Origin: an uncultured Christensenella sp.
GTDB taxonomy: Bacteria > Bacillota > Clostridia > Christensenellales > UBA1242
Length of the DNA: 64,000 nt
Reading direction: 5' to 3'
Assembly (NCBI GenBank): GCA_964387705.1
Contig: CAYLWT010000001.1
Location: 35,874 to 99,873 of the forward strand
In this document: positions 26,443-36,202 of the stretch, piece by piece
Layout of the letters: each line of letters opens with the position of its first letter
Numbering within the stretch: position 1 is the stretch's first letter
The notes under the pieces: model-generated
Seen by the model: only the letters and a program-made list of their open reading frames with translations
The model's database searches: none
What the model was told of the DNA's origin: nothing
Translations under genes and position numbers: made by a program

Positions 26443-28818
26443 TTAATTTTTGTCTTCACCAGATTTTTCTTCAGAACTTTTATCTGTCTTTTCCTCTTCT
26501 TTTTGTTCAAGAGTTGTCTTATCAACTATTTTTCTAACAGTTTTCTTTGGTTTTGAAGCGACTTCTTCGCCCTTTTCTTGGGTTTTGATTGTCCTTTTGT
26601 GTGAGTGTTCATGCTTTTCTTGTTGTGCTGAAAATTTATCTTTCAATTCTTGAACTTTCTTTTCTGCAACAGAAATTATATTTTCAGAATCAGTCTTAAC
26701 TTTTTCAATTTCCTCTGCCGAAAGAACTCCGCCTTTTTTCAACGCTTCTGCAGTTTTGATTCGAATAGATTGTTCTTTTTTCACTCGTTCAAGGTCGGCT
26801 TGGGCACGCTCAATTTCAATTCTTTCTTTGTTCCTTATGGCGTCTTGTTCCATTTGAAGAAGAATTTGTTTGGTCGTTTTGCCTTTCATAATCATTTCAA
26901 CTTCATTAAAATAAATTGTTTCCTTTTCAAGCAAAACTTCCACCATAGTGTTCATTTGTTTTGCGTGTTTGGTTATAATATCTTTGGCTCGACTGTAACA
27001 ATTGTCCAAAATAGATTTGACTTCGCTGTCAATTTCTGAAGCTGTTTTTTCGCTGTAATTTACTTGTGTTTGATAATCTCTACCCAAGAAAACTTCACTG
27101 CTAGAGCCAAGATTCATTGTGCCAAGTTTTGCGCTCATTCCCCATTCTGTAACCATTTTTCTAGCAAGTTTCGTGGCTCGCTCAATGTCATTTGAAGCAC
27201 CAGTTGAAATATCTTTCACCATAATTTCTTCTGCAGCTCTGCCACCAAGCATCATTGTTATATTGTCTATGAGCTTGTTGTAAGACATATGACTTTCGTC
27301 ATTATCTGGACGACTGATTGTATAGCCAGCAGCCATACCACGAGCGATAATTGACACTTCTTGCACCACATCACAATGTTCAAGCACCTTGCCCACAATG
27401 GCATGCCCACTTTCGTGATAGGCCGTTATGCGTTTATCCACTTGAGTAACCACACGACTGCGTTTTTGAGGACCCATAATAACTTTGTTTATCCCTTCTG
27501 TAATATCGGTCATTGTTATTGCTTTTCGATTTTCTCTTGCGGTAAGAATGGCCGCCTCGTTCAAAAGGTTTTCAAGGTCAGCACCTGTAAATCCACTGGT
27601 AAGCCTTGCCACATTTTTAAAATCAACTGCACTATCAATTGGTTTATTTCTAGCATGGATCTTCAAAATCATTTCTCGGCCTTTGACATCTGGTGGCATA
27701 ATATAAATTTGTCTATCAAATCTGCCAGGTCTTAAAAGTGCTGGATCAAGCACATCTGCACGATTTGTTGCTGCAATTACAATAATACCAGTGTTTCCTT
27801 CAAACCCATCCATTTGCACCAAAAGTTGATTTAAGGTTTGCTCACGCTCATCATTTCCGCCGCCAAGCCCAGCGCCACGCTGTCTACCAACTGCATCAAT
27901 TTCATCAATAAATACAATACAAGGAGATTCTTTTTTTGCCTGGTCAAAAAGGTCACGAACACGAGATGCACCCACCCCCACAAACATTTCAACGAAATCA
28001 CTTCCGCTAATTGAAAAGAAAGGAACATTGCTTTCGCCTGCAATTGCCTTTGCAAGAAGGGTTTTTCCTGTTCCGGGTTGACCAACAAGCAAAATACCTT
28101 TTGGAATTTTCGCTCCAAGCTCAGTGAATTTTTGTGGATTTTTCAAAAACTCAACAATTTCAAGCAATTCTTCTTTTTCTTCGTCAATGCCCGCTACATC
28201 AGAAAATTTCACTTTCACATTATGAGCGATTTGAGCTTTTGTTTTGCCAAAATTGAAGCTTTTTTGATTTGCCCCCAAAATGCTTCTAATAAGGATAACT
28301 CCTAATATTACCACAATTATTACACTCAAGTAAGGGAGCAAACTTTCCCACCAAGTTGTCTTTGAAACATGAGTTGGATAAGCCTCAATAAGAACCCAAC
28401 CATTCCCATTACTCTCAGCCTCAGTATTATAAGCCTCAATCATAGCTTTAACTTCGTCATAATCAGATTCCGTAACATACTCAAAATAGTAATCACAATT
28501 TCCGACAATATCATCTTTAGAACATTTGCTGTCCTTTGCAATGACATAACCAATCCCATTGTCTGCAAGTGCAACATATTGTATAGAACTGCCCTTGTAA
28601 TTTACTTCATTTGAAAAAATATATTTCCCATCGGAGTCTTTTTTAACTCCAATTAATGATTGCAAAGAATTTGTGACCGTTGAAGGCCCAGATATTGATA
28701 TTTTCGTGCCAATATTTCCAGTTTGAGTGAGATAAAAGAGCAAAATAATTGCCAATAGCGACATCACAAAAACTATCCAACCCCTAGTTTTATTATTTTT
28801 CAATCGTTTTTCCTCCAT
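26443..28818 (-). CDS. ftsH: ATP-dependent zinc metalloprotease FtsH with a long Lys/Glu-rich C-terminal extension
   Basis: Two TM helices; Walker [18 protein letters not shown]; zinc site [12 protein letters not shown] 28818 ([10 protein letters not shown]) is preferred over the listed TTG at 28860. The last roughly 170 aa are low-complexity K/E-rich sequence. Confidence 0.93.
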   Translation of the reverse strand: MEEKRLKNNKTRGWIVFVMSLLAIILLFYLTQTGNIGTKISISGPSTVTNSLQSLIGVKKDSDGKYIFSNEVNYKGSSIQYVALADNGIGYVIAKDSKCSKDDIVGNCDYYFEYVTESDYDEVKAMIEAYNTEAESNGNGWVLIEAYPTHVSKTTWWESLLPYLSVIIVVILGVILIRSILGANQKSFNFGKTKAQIAHNVKVKFSDVAGIDEEKEELLEIVEFLKNPQKFTELGAKIPKGILLVGQPGTGKTLLAKAIAGESNVPFFSISGSDFVEMFVGVGASRVRDLFDQAKKESPCIVFIDEIDAVGRQRGAGLGGGNDEREQTLNQLLVQMDGFEGNTGIIVIAATNRADVLDPALLRPGRFDRQIYIMPPDVKGREMILKIHARNKPIDSAVDFKNVARLTSGFTGADLENLLNEAAILTARENRKAITMTDITEGINKVIMGPQKRSRVVTQVDKRITAYHESGHAIVGKVLEHCDVVQEVSIIARGMAAGYTISRPDNDESHMSYNKLIDNITMMLGGRAAEEIMVKDISTGASNDIERATKLARKMVTEWGMSAKLGTMNLGSSSEVFLGRDYQTQVNYSEKTASEIDSEVKSILDNCYSRAKDIITKHAKQMNTMVEVLLEKETIYFNEVEMIMKGKTTKQILLQMEQDAIRNKERIEIERAQADLERVKKEQSIRIKTAEALKKGGVLSAEEIEKVKTDSENIISVAEKKVQELKDKFSAQQEKHEHSHKRTIKTQEKGEEVASKPKKTVRKIVDKTTLEQKEEEKTDKSSEEKSGEDKN

Positions 28819-29022
28819 TTTTCTAATAAGTATTCTACCATATAAATAGTTTTTAAGCAATAAAATTTATCCTATTTTTATCAAAAAAATTTTTATTTTT
28901 TTATTTGCCATCTATTAAGACGACTCCAAAGTTCATTTTCACAAAACATACTTATAATCACACGTATAGAGTTTTTCTCGAATGAATGTTCAGCCTCAAA
29001 AAAACTACAGGTCGGAAGGCAG

Positions 29023-29054
29023 TTATCCACAAAATTCGACAAAATTGTGGATAG
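29023..29054. promoter_or_regulatory. Inverted pair of DnaA boxes
   Basis: TTATCCACA (29023-29031, perfect consensus) and TGTGGATAG (29046-29054, one mismatch to TGTGGATAA) face each other across 14 bp that contain AATTCGACAAAA. Confidence 0.6.
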
Positions 29055-29283
29055 TTTCAAAAACAATTTTTGCAAATTAAATAATCAAAAAAATAGATTA
29101 GTTACTCCTTAAAAACTAAAGACATATTTTTATAAAAAATTTTAGTCAAAAAAGTTAAAATTCAGAAAATTTACAAAAATATTACATAAACTCATAAATC
29201 CCGCATAAATAATAGAAAGTAACGATTTTTTTTGTTCATAAAAGAGCTAAAAATAGGCCTAAATCTTCTCTCACACAGAATTT

Positions 29284-29318
29284 TCAATCAAAATTTTCAA
29301 TTTTATCAATCAAAATTT
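29284..29318 (+). repeat. Direct repeat of an AT-rich 13-mer (2 copies, 22-bp period)
   Basis: TCAATCAAAATTT at 29284-29296 and again at 29306-29318, inside the 945-bp ORF-free spacer. Confidence 0.5.
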
Positions 29319-29569
29319 ACTTAAAATCCGTTCAAGATTGGAAATAGACAAAAAAATACCCCAAGGGAATCAATTATGTTTAATATGAATGTTTTTGTCA
29401 TGGCACATTTAAACATTGTTATATTAGTATAACTATTTTGAATTTTATTTTTACCCTATCTCAAAAAACGTCTGTACAAAAGCTTATGATTCTTTTAAAA
29501 ACTACTAGACGAGAGATCCTATGTAAATTTAAAACAACATTTTTACTAATTGAAAAAATAAACATCGAA

Positions 29570-29585
29570 TGTTTCACATGAAACA
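29570..29585. promoter_or_regulatory. parS-like site 1
   Basis: TGTTTCACATGAAACA versus the Firmicute parS consensus TGTTNCACGTGAAACA: one mismatch, at the central G. Confidence 0.6.
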
Positions 29586-29728
29586 TTTATAACAACAATC
29601 AAATTGTTTTACACAGAACATTGAGCATATGGCTTAAATATTTTTAGGATGATTAAAAAACAATATTAGGTTCTCGCTAGAATGATTGATAGAAATCTAA
29701 AAACGTTAAATTAAGAATAAACAAAATA

Positions 29729-29744
29729 TGTTCTACGTGAAACA
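29729..29744. promoter_or_regulatory. parS-like site 2
   Basis: TGTTCTACGTGAAACA: one mismatch to TGTTNCACGTGAAACA (position 6). Confidence 0.55.
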
Positions 29745-29773
29745 TTTATTACAAATAAAAAAATTCCATGCAA

Positions 29774-29789
29774 TGTTTCACATGGAACT
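29774..29789. promoter_or_regulatory. Degenerate parS-like site 3
   Basis: TGTTTCACATGGAACT: three mismatches to the consensus. Lies 17 bp from the parB stop codon. Confidence 0.3.
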
Positions 29790-29805
29790 TTTTAAAAAAA
29801 ACGAT

Positions 29806-30720
29806 TTATCTTTCAAGTTTTGAAATAAACGAACAAATTCTATCTAAGTCATCAGAAGTAAAGTAATCTATTGAAATTTTACCCTTATTATCATCACCAT
29901 GAATCACAACTTTTGTTCTAAAAAGTCGTTGAATCCTATGTCCTAACTCTTTAAGCTCGATACTTTGAATTATTTTTTTCTTAGGTTCTGCAATTTTTAC
30001 ATTTTGAGCATCTTTTACAAGTTTTTCAAAATCTCGAACAGATAACTTTTTTTCAATTGCAAATTTTGCTAAATCTATTTGCTTTGATGGATCTGTAATA
30101 ACAACTAAACATTTTCCATGCCCAGCTGAAAGTTGCCCATTTTCAATAAAACTGATTACTTCTGGTGTGAGCGACAGCAAACGCAAAGTATTCGCAACAA
30201 GGGGACGACTTTTACCAATTCTATCAGCAACCGCTTCTTGCGTAAAGCCATAACTATCCATAAGTTGTCTAATAGCTTTTCCCGCTTCGATTGGATTCAA
30301 ATCCTCACGTTGCAAATTTTCAATAAGAGCAATTTCTTGCATCTGTTGCTTATCAAAATCTTTAATAATAGCTGGAATAGTCTTTAATCCAGCATTAAGG
30401 CAGGCCCTAAATCTCCTCTCGCCAGCAACAATTGTATACCTATTGTTAGAACTTTTCGTTACAATAATAGGCTGAATCACCCCATGTTGCTTTATTGACT
30501 CCGAAAGTTCTCGAAGGGAAGCCGCATCAAACTTTTTTCTTGGTTGATCCTTATTGGGATCAATCAACTTCATGTCAAGTCCAACAACCCCATCACGTAA
30601 ATTTTTTTCCAACTGCAATTTATCTTTTTCTATTGCAGTTTGTTTTTCAACAGCATTTTCTTCTTCGTCTTGATAAATTGAAAATAAAGCATCAAGCCCT
30701 CTTCCTAAACCGTGTTTCAT
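29806..30720 (-). CDS. parB: Chromosome-partitioning protein ParB/Spo0J
   Basis: True start is ATG 30720 (MKHGLGRGLDALF..., GAGGAG RBS). GERRFRA box and HTH region present. The listed 62-codon N-terminal extension (to 30906) is AT-rich junk. Confidence 0.92.
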   Translation of the reverse strand: MKHGLGRGLDALFSIYQDEEENAVEKQTAIEKDKLQLEKNLRDGVVGLDMKLIDPNKDQPRKKFDAASLRELSESIKQHGVIQPIIVTKSSNNRYTIVAGERRFRACLNAGLKTIPAIIKDFDKQQMQEIALIENLQREDLNPIEAGKAIRQLMDSYGFTQEAVADRIGKSRPLVANTLRLLSLTPEVISFIENGQLSAGHGKCLVVITDPSKQIDLAKFAIEKKLSVRDFEKLVKDAQNVKIAEPKKKIIQSIELKELGHRIQRLFRTKVVIHGDDNKGKISIDYFTSDDLDRICSFISKLER

Positions 30721-30967
30721 CTTTTTCTCCTCATAAATGGACAAGTCCAAATTCAAGAATAGTTTAACATTAAAATAAAAAAATTGCAACAAAAAAAATA
30801 TATATATTATGTGGAAAAATAAGATAAAAATGTTTTTTAGAATAACTTTATAAATCCAAAATATATACAAAAAGCAGTCCGAGGAAGTCAAATAAAACAA
30901 TCTCAAACTGCTAATAAAACACTATAGTCATCTAATTAAGCATACTATAATGAAAAAGCAAACAAAA

Positions 30968-31756
30968 TCAATTAGTTACATTTTTATAACTATCATGATT
31001 CCGTTTCATAAATTCTTTTGCAAGTTCAAAATAAGCAACCCCACCTTTACCTCTTGGGTCATAAAGAAAAATAGGCTTACCATGACTTGGAGCTTCTGCA
31101 AGACGAATTGTCCTTGGTATGGCATTATCATAAACTTTTTTACCAAAAAACTTGCGAATTTCCTCAGAAACCTGCTGAATAAGGTTTGAACGATTGTCTT
31201 TCATCGTCAAAACAACACCTTCAACATCGATTTCTGAATTTAAATGCTTTTTAACAAGTTTAATTGTATTCATAAGTTGGCTTAAACCCTCAAGCGCAAA
31301 AAATTCACACTGAATAGGAATCATAACAGAATCTGAAGCCGTAAGAGCATTAACAGTAAGCAATCCGAGCGAAGGTGGGCAATCAATCAAAATGTAATGA
31401 TAATTTTTTTTGATTTCGTCAAACAAATTTTTAACAACTTTTTCACGGTTTTTCATTTCGACAAGTTCAATCTCCGCCCCCGCCAAATCAACAGTTGCAG
31501 GTATTATATCCAAATTTTTGATAAAAGTAGGCCTTATAACCTCTGAAATTGACATTTCACCTGAAATTGCATCATACATTGTGCCCATTTTTTGAGTTTT
31601 ATCCACACCAAGCCCGCTTGAAGCATTCCCTTGAGGGTCCATATCTACAACCAAAATCTTTTTGCCAAAAACCGCAAGATAAGATGCCAAATTTATGCAA
31701 GTTGTGGTCTTACCAACACCACCTTTTTGATTTGCAAATGAAATAATTTTTCCCAT
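30968..31756 (-). CDS. parA: ParA/Soj partition ATPase
   Basis: Deviant Walker A: MGKIISFANQKGGVGKTTT. Full-length ParA-like sequence. GGAAGGA RBS. Confidence 0.93.
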   Translation of the reverse strand: MGKIISFANQKGGVGKTTTCINLASYLAVFGKKILVVDMDPQGNASSGLGVDKTQKMGTMYDAISGEMSISEVIRPTFIKNLDIIPATVDLAGAEIELVEMKNREKVVKNLFDEIKKNYHYILIDCPPSLGLLTVNALTASDSVMIPIQCEFFALEGLSQLMNTIKLVKKHLNSEIDVEGVVLTMKDNRSNLIQQVSEEIRKFFGKKVYDNAIPRTIRLAEAPSHGKPIFLYDPRGKGGVAYFELAKEFMKRNHDSYKNVTN

Positions 31757-31958
31757 ATTTCCTTCCTTATAACAACATTATAACAAAAATTTCAGAAAAA
31801 ACCACTAAAATTTACACATTTTATTATAAAATTACAAAAAATTTGTCAAAAATCGTTTGTTGTACATAAAAATTAAATCCTCACAAATAAAAAAGATAAT
31901 TGATAAAACACGCATTATAAGCGAAATATAGCAATTATCTTTAATCTTTATTTAAAAA

Positions 31959-32684
31959 TTATGAGAGTGGTTCTAGTCGTGGTTTATTTTTCCCTCTTGG
32001 AAATTTTTTTGGAGTTTCAACAATTTTTTTAATCGCAACAATATATCTTTTTGCGCCATTCAAATCAAATTGTAATACCTTTTCCAATTTTCCACCAAGC
32101 ATTTTTAATGCATTTTTAGAAGCAAGTAGTTCATCTTCTAAGTTTTGCGACTTATAAGCCAAAAAATAGCCTCCAACTTTAACAAATGGCAAACAGTATT
32201 CACACAAAGTATTCAAACTTGCAACCGCACGAGCAACGCAAACGTCAAAATTTTCACGAAAGCCATCCTTTTGAGCCAAATCTTCCGCCCTTGCATGCAA
32301 ACAAGTCACGTTTTTAAGTGAAAGAGAATCAACTAAGTCCTTTAAAAATGTAATTTTTTTATTTACGCTGTCAACTGCAAAAATTTTTAAATCATCACGA
32401 ACAATTTTTAGTGGAAAGCTAGGGAAGCCTGCTCCTGCGCCAATATCAATAATGCTTGCATTTTGTGGAATAATTTCCATCGAAAGTATGCTGTCAAGAA
32501 AATGTTTTTCAAAAACTTCATCACGAGATGTGATCGTTGTAAGGTTAAATTTTTTATTCCAATCTACCAAATTTAAAAAATATTGCTCAAATTTATTTTT
32601 TTTATCTAAAATTGCATCATAAAAGTGGGTTAATTCTTGTCCTACGCAGAATTTTTCAATTTTTTTTTCATTTTCTTCAGACAT
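31959..32684 (-). CDS. rsmG: 16S rRNA (guanine527-N7)-methyltransferase RsmG/GidB
   Basis: SAM motif IIDIGAGAGFPSFPLKI. Conserved position after mnmG. AAGGAG RBS. Confidence 0.9.
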   Translation of the reverse strand: MSEENEKKIEKFCVGQELTHFYDAILDKKNKFEQYFLNLVDWNKKFNLTTITSRDEVFEKHFLDSILSMEIIPQNASIIDIGAGAGFPSFPLKIVRDDLKIFAVDSVNKKITFLKDLVDSLSLKNVTCLHARAEDLAQKDGFRENFDVCVARAVASLNTLCEYCLPFVKVGGYFLAYKSQNLEDELLASKNALKMLGGKLEKVLQFDLNGAKRYIVAIKKIVETPKKFPRGKNKPRLEPLS

Positions 32685-32752
32685 TTTTTTGCTCCTTTTT
32701 AATTTTTCCGTGTCGTTTTTGCCAAATTTTAAAATTTTATGTTAAATTATTC

Positions 32753-34657
32753 CTACTTTTGCTCATTTTTACAATTTTTTGTTTTTTTAATCTCAATTTG
32801 ACGTTTTTTCATTGTAAGGAAAATTGTAAGCACAGCAATATCCGCAGGGGATACCCCACTTATTCTACTAGCCTGTCCAAGAGACAGCGGTTTAAATTTG
32901 TTTAACTTTTGTTGAGCTTCAATTCGCAAACCCTTTATTTGTGAATAATCAAAGTCTGCAGAAAGTTTTATTTCCTCATTTTTCCTCATTTGAGAAATCA
33001 AAACTTGTTGTCTTTTCAAATAACCCGAATACTTCACTTCCGTTTGAACGTAATTTAAAATATTATTTGGAATATTTTTGAAAATATCAAAATGTTTTTT
33101 TATGTCAAAAATTGAAATATTTGTACGTTTCAAAACTTCACGGGCTTTTGGGTCAATTGACAAAGTACTCTCACCTTTTTCCTCATAAAGTTTTTTGACT
33201 TCCTTTGTATTAAGGGAAATTTCAAGTTGTTTTTGTGCCTTTTCAATAAGTTTAAGTTTCTTTTCAAATATTTTATAGCGTTCATCTGTGACAAGACCAA
33301 TTTTTCTGCCAATTGGTGTAAGTCTAATGTCAGCATTATCCTGTCTAAGCAAAAGTCGATATTCTGCACGAGAAGTCATCATTCTGTAAGGTTCATTTGT
33401 GCCTTTTGTGACAAGGTCGTCAATCAAAACACCAATGTATGCCTCATCACGTCCCAAAATAAGCGGATCTTCATTGTGTAATTTTCTGCTAGCATTAATT
33501 CCTGCAATAAGCCCCTGTGCGCCAGCCTCCTCATAACCACTTGTGCCATTAATTTGCCCAGCAAAAAACATTCCAGATATACGTTTTGATTCCAAAGTTG
33601 GCAAAAGTTCAAGCGAGTTTATGCAATCATACTCAATTGCATATGCATTTCGCAAAATTTCAACGTTTTGAAAGCCATCAACACTACGATACATTTCCTC
33701 TTGCACATCAACTGGCATTGATGAAGAAAATCCTTGCACGTAAATTTCCGTTCCAGACTTATCTTCTGGTTCAAGAAAAATTTGATGACGAGGTCTATCA
33801 GCAAAGCGAACAACCTTATCCTCAATGGAAGGGCAATATCGAGGGCCAACACCCTTTATCATTCCACTATACATTGGTGCACGATAAAGATTTTTCCGAA
33901 TTATATCATGAGTGTGCTCATTTGTGTATCCAAGATAACATTTGCACAAGTTTTTAGGTTGTTTTTTTGTCAAAAACGAGAACGTTTGAATGTTATCATC
34001 ACCATTTTGTTCCTCAAATTTATCAAAATCAATCGAACTCTTAAGAACACGCGCAGGTGTACCTGTTTTAAATCTAAAAATTTCAAAACCTAATTCTTGT
34101 AAATTTTTTGAGAGGCCTTTTGAATTTATAAAACCATTTGGCCCTTGGTCTTTGGTAAATTCTCCAATAATAACCCTGCTTTCCATGTAAACTCCTGTTG
34201 CCAAAACAACCGCCTTACAAGAAATAACCTCCCCAAAAGCATTTTTTACACCCACAACTTTATTATTTTCAACCAAAATTTCAACAATTTCACACTGTTT
34301 TATAGTCAAATTTGGTTGTTTTTCCAAAGTTTCCTTCATGCTGAAGTGATAGCCATGTTTGTCAACCTGAGCCCTAAGACTTTGAACTGCAACACCTTTT
34401 CCTGTGTTAAGCATACGAAGTTGCAAAATGTTTTTATCCGTATTCACACCCATTTCGCCACCAAGAGCATCAATTTCGCTGGCAAGTTGCCCCTTTGCAG
34501 TTCCTCCAATGGAAGGATTGCAAGCTAAAAAGGCAATACTATCAAGATTTAAAGTTGCAAGCAAGGTTTTGTTTCCAAGACGTGACAAAGCAAGGCACGC
34601 CTCACATCCTGCGTGACCACTACCAACAACCACAACATCAAATTCTTCTTTTCCCAT
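32753..34657 (-). CDS. mnmG: tRNA uridine-5-carboxymethylaminomethyl modification enzyme MnmG/GidA
   Basis: FAD motif FDVVVVGSGHAGCEA; full-length GidA-like sequence. ATG 34657 (MGKEEFDV) is preferred; the listed start at 34735 would overlap mnmE. Confidence 0.93.
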   Translation of the reverse strand: MGKEEFDVVVVGSGHAGCEACLALSRLGNKTLLATLNLDSIAFLACNPSIGGTAKGQLASEIDALGGEMGVNTDKNILQLRMLNTGKGVAVQSLRAQVDKHGYHFSMKETLEKQPNLTIKQCEIVEILVENNKVVGVKNAFGEVISCKAVVLATGVYMESRVIIGEFTKDQGPNGFINSKGLSKNLQELGFEIFRFKTGTPARVLKSSIDFDKFEEQNGDDNIQTFSFLTKKQPKNLCKCYLGYTNEHTHDIIRKNLYRAPMYSGMIKGVGPRYCPSIEDKVVRFADRPRHQIFLEPEDKSGTEIYVQGFSSSMPVDVQEEMYRSVDGFQNVEILRNAYAIEYDCINSLELLPTLESKRISGMFFAGQINGTSGYEEAGAQGLIAGINASRKLHNEDPLILGRDEAYIGVLIDDLVTKGTNEPYRMMTSRAEYRLLLRQDNADIRLTPIGRKIGLVTDERYKIFEKKLKLIEKAQKQLEISLNTKEVKKLYEEKGESTLSIDPKAREVLKRTNISIFDIKKHFDIFKNIPNNILNYVQTEVKYSGYLKRQQVLISQMRKNEEIKLSADFDYSQIKGLRIEAQQKLNKFKPLSLGQASRISGVSPADIAVLTIFLTMKKRQIEIKKTKNCKNEQK

Positions 34658-34719
34658 AATTATTTCCAATCTTTCGCTATTATTTATATCTTTCTTATTT
34701 TTGTCAAACTTCACAATTC

Positions 34720-36078
34720 TTACTTGCCCAGGCAAAATTTAGAAAAAATTGTTTTTATAATTTCATCATTTGCAGAGACACCTGTAATTTCGCCCAGTTT
34801 TTCCCACAAATATTGACAATCAAGTGACACACAATCAAGAAATTCTGACTCAACTTTTTCAAGCAAACTATGTGCAAATTCACTTGCTTGTGAAAGAATT
34901 TGTGAGTGACGAGCATTGGTTATTATAAGTGAATCATTTATAAATTTTCCATCAAATGCAGTGTCAAAAAGCAAGTCCTTAAGTTTGTCAACATTTTCGC
35001 CACTTTTTGCACTGATTGACACCACTTTTTCATTTGCTAGATTGTTTGAAAAGGAAGTTTCATCTTTCTTATCCAATTTATTTAACACAATTATTCTATT
35101 TTTCCCAGCGGTCAAAGCAAAATTTTCTTCATCTTGCTTATCCGTTTTTCTCGAGCGGTCAATCACCAACAAAACCACATCGCATTGCTCAATCATTTGC
35201 TTAGTTTTGTCAATTCCAATATTCTCAATTATATCATCTGTTTCCCGCAAACCTGCCGTATCAAGCAAATTAAATTTCACGCCCTTATATTCCATAACCC
35301 CACTCACAACGTCACGAGTTGTGCCTTCAATGTCTGTTACAATAGCCTGTTCTGTGCCAAGAAGTCGATTAAGCAAACTACTTTTCCCCGCGTTTGTCTT
35401 GCCAACAATTGCCACATCAACGCCAAATTTACACATATGCCCTTGTTTTGCAGTGGACAAAAGCCCATCAATACTACTACAAACTTCATCAAAAACTTTT
35501 TTCAACTCATTTCTTGTAGAAATTTCAATTTTTTCTTCTGGATAATCCAAATTCACCTGCAATTCACACAAAGAATCTAGAACTTTTTGTTGAATTTCAC
35601 AAACTTTTTCCTTAAGTTCACCACGAGCAAGAGCAAAACTACACCTTAGCTCACTTTCACTTTCCGCATTTATCAAATCAGCAACACCCTCTGCCTCATC
35701 AAGCGACATTTTGCCATTCAAAAACGCTCGTTTTGAAAATTCACCCGGTTCTGCCATTCTTGCCCCCAAAGACAAGCATCTATTAACTATTTTTTCCAAA
35801 ATGAGCACACCACCATGACATTGAAATTCCACAATGTCCTCGCCTGTAAAAGAATGTGGACAAGCAAAATAAACCATAAAGCCCTTATCTTTTAGTTCGC
35901 CCAAATCTATTTCACCCAAAAACATCTTGTTCGGCTCAAAATTGCACGTTTTTGAATAAGGTCGGAACATTTTTTTTCCAAGGTTCAATGACCCCGTTCC
36001 ACTAAGCCTAACAATACCCACACCGCTCTTTCCATAAGGTGTTGCAATAGCAACAATAATATCACTTTTAGTATCCAT
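34720..36078 (-). CDS. mnmE: tRNA modification GTPase MnmE/TrmE
   Basis: G-domain motifs GKTNAGKSSLLN and DTAGLR; C-terminal ...FCLGK. ATG 36078 (MDTKSDIIVAIATP) is preferred over the listed GTG at 36096. Confidence 0.92.
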   Translation of the reverse strand: MDTKSDIIVAIATPYGKSGVGIVRLSGTGSLNLGKKMFRPYSKTCNFEPNKMFLGEIDLGELKDKGFMVYFACPHSFTGEDIVEFQCHGGVLILEKIVNRCLSLGARMAEPGEFSKRAFLNGKMSLDEAEGVADLINAESESELRCSFALARGELKEKVCEIQQKVLDSLCELQVNLDYPEEKIEISTRNELKKVFDEVCSSIDGLLSTAKQGHMCKFGVDVAIVGKTNAGKSSLLNRLLGTEQAIVTDIEGTTRDVVSGVMEYKGVKFNLLDTAGLRETDDIIENIGIDKTKQMIEQCDVVLLVIDRSRKTDKQDEENFALTAGKNRIIVLNKLDKKDETSFSNNLANEKVVSISAKSGENVDKLKDLLFDTAFDGKFINDSLIITNARHSQILSQASEFAHSLLEKVESEFLDCVSLDCQYLWEKLGEITGVSANDEIIKTIFSKFCLGK

Positions 36079-36084
36079 ATGGCT

Positions 36085-36113
36085 ATTGTAACACACTGCA
36101 CAAAATTTGTAAA
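36085..36113 (-). promoter_or_regulatory. Putative promoter of mnmE, with the -10 element 6 nt from the ATG
   Basis: Minus strand: TTTACA-N17 (ending in TGT)-TACAAT, then AGCCAT, then ATG 36078. No RBS. Confidence 0.45.
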
Positions 36114-36130
36114 TATTTTAATATTACTTC

Positions 36131-36158
36131 AACAAAAAGACTGCCATCTGACAGTCTT
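36131..36158 (-). terminator. Rho-independent terminator after jag
   Basis: Minus strand: AAGACTG-UCAGAUGG-CAGUCUU hairpin followed by TTTGTTG. Confidence 0.55.
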
Positions 36159-36202
36159 TCAAATTACACTTTAAAAACAATTTCTTGTTAAAAGCAAATT
36201 AT

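Noticed and set aside
29005-29030. ACAGGTCGGAAGGCAG resembles the SRP RNA domain IV apex (CAGGUCCGGAAGGAAGCAG)
   Set aside because: The flanking sequence cannot form the long SRP hairpin, since the 5' and 3' arms are not complementary. The conserved symmetric and asymmetric loop residues are incomplete. The match is probably a coincidence next to the DnaA box.
28893-29075. 60-aa minus-strand ORF in the ftsH-parB spacer
   Set aside because: It barely reaches the length cut-off, has no RBS and an odd composition. It also overlaps the inverted DnaA-box pair, which explains the sequence better.
29376-29432. 17-18-codon hydrophobic mini-ORF (MFNMNVFVMAHLNIVILV) after AAGGGA, considered as a type I toxin
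   Set aside because: It is shorter than typical type I toxins. No antisense RNA promoter or conserved structure is visible, and such ORFs arise easily by chance in AT-rich DNA.
30721-30906. 62-codon N-terminal extension of the listed parB ORF
   Set aside because: It is an AT-rich, Phe/Ile/Leu/Tyr-rich run with no RBS. The canonical ParB N-terminus MKHGLGRGLDALF begins at ATG 30720, directly after GAGGAG.
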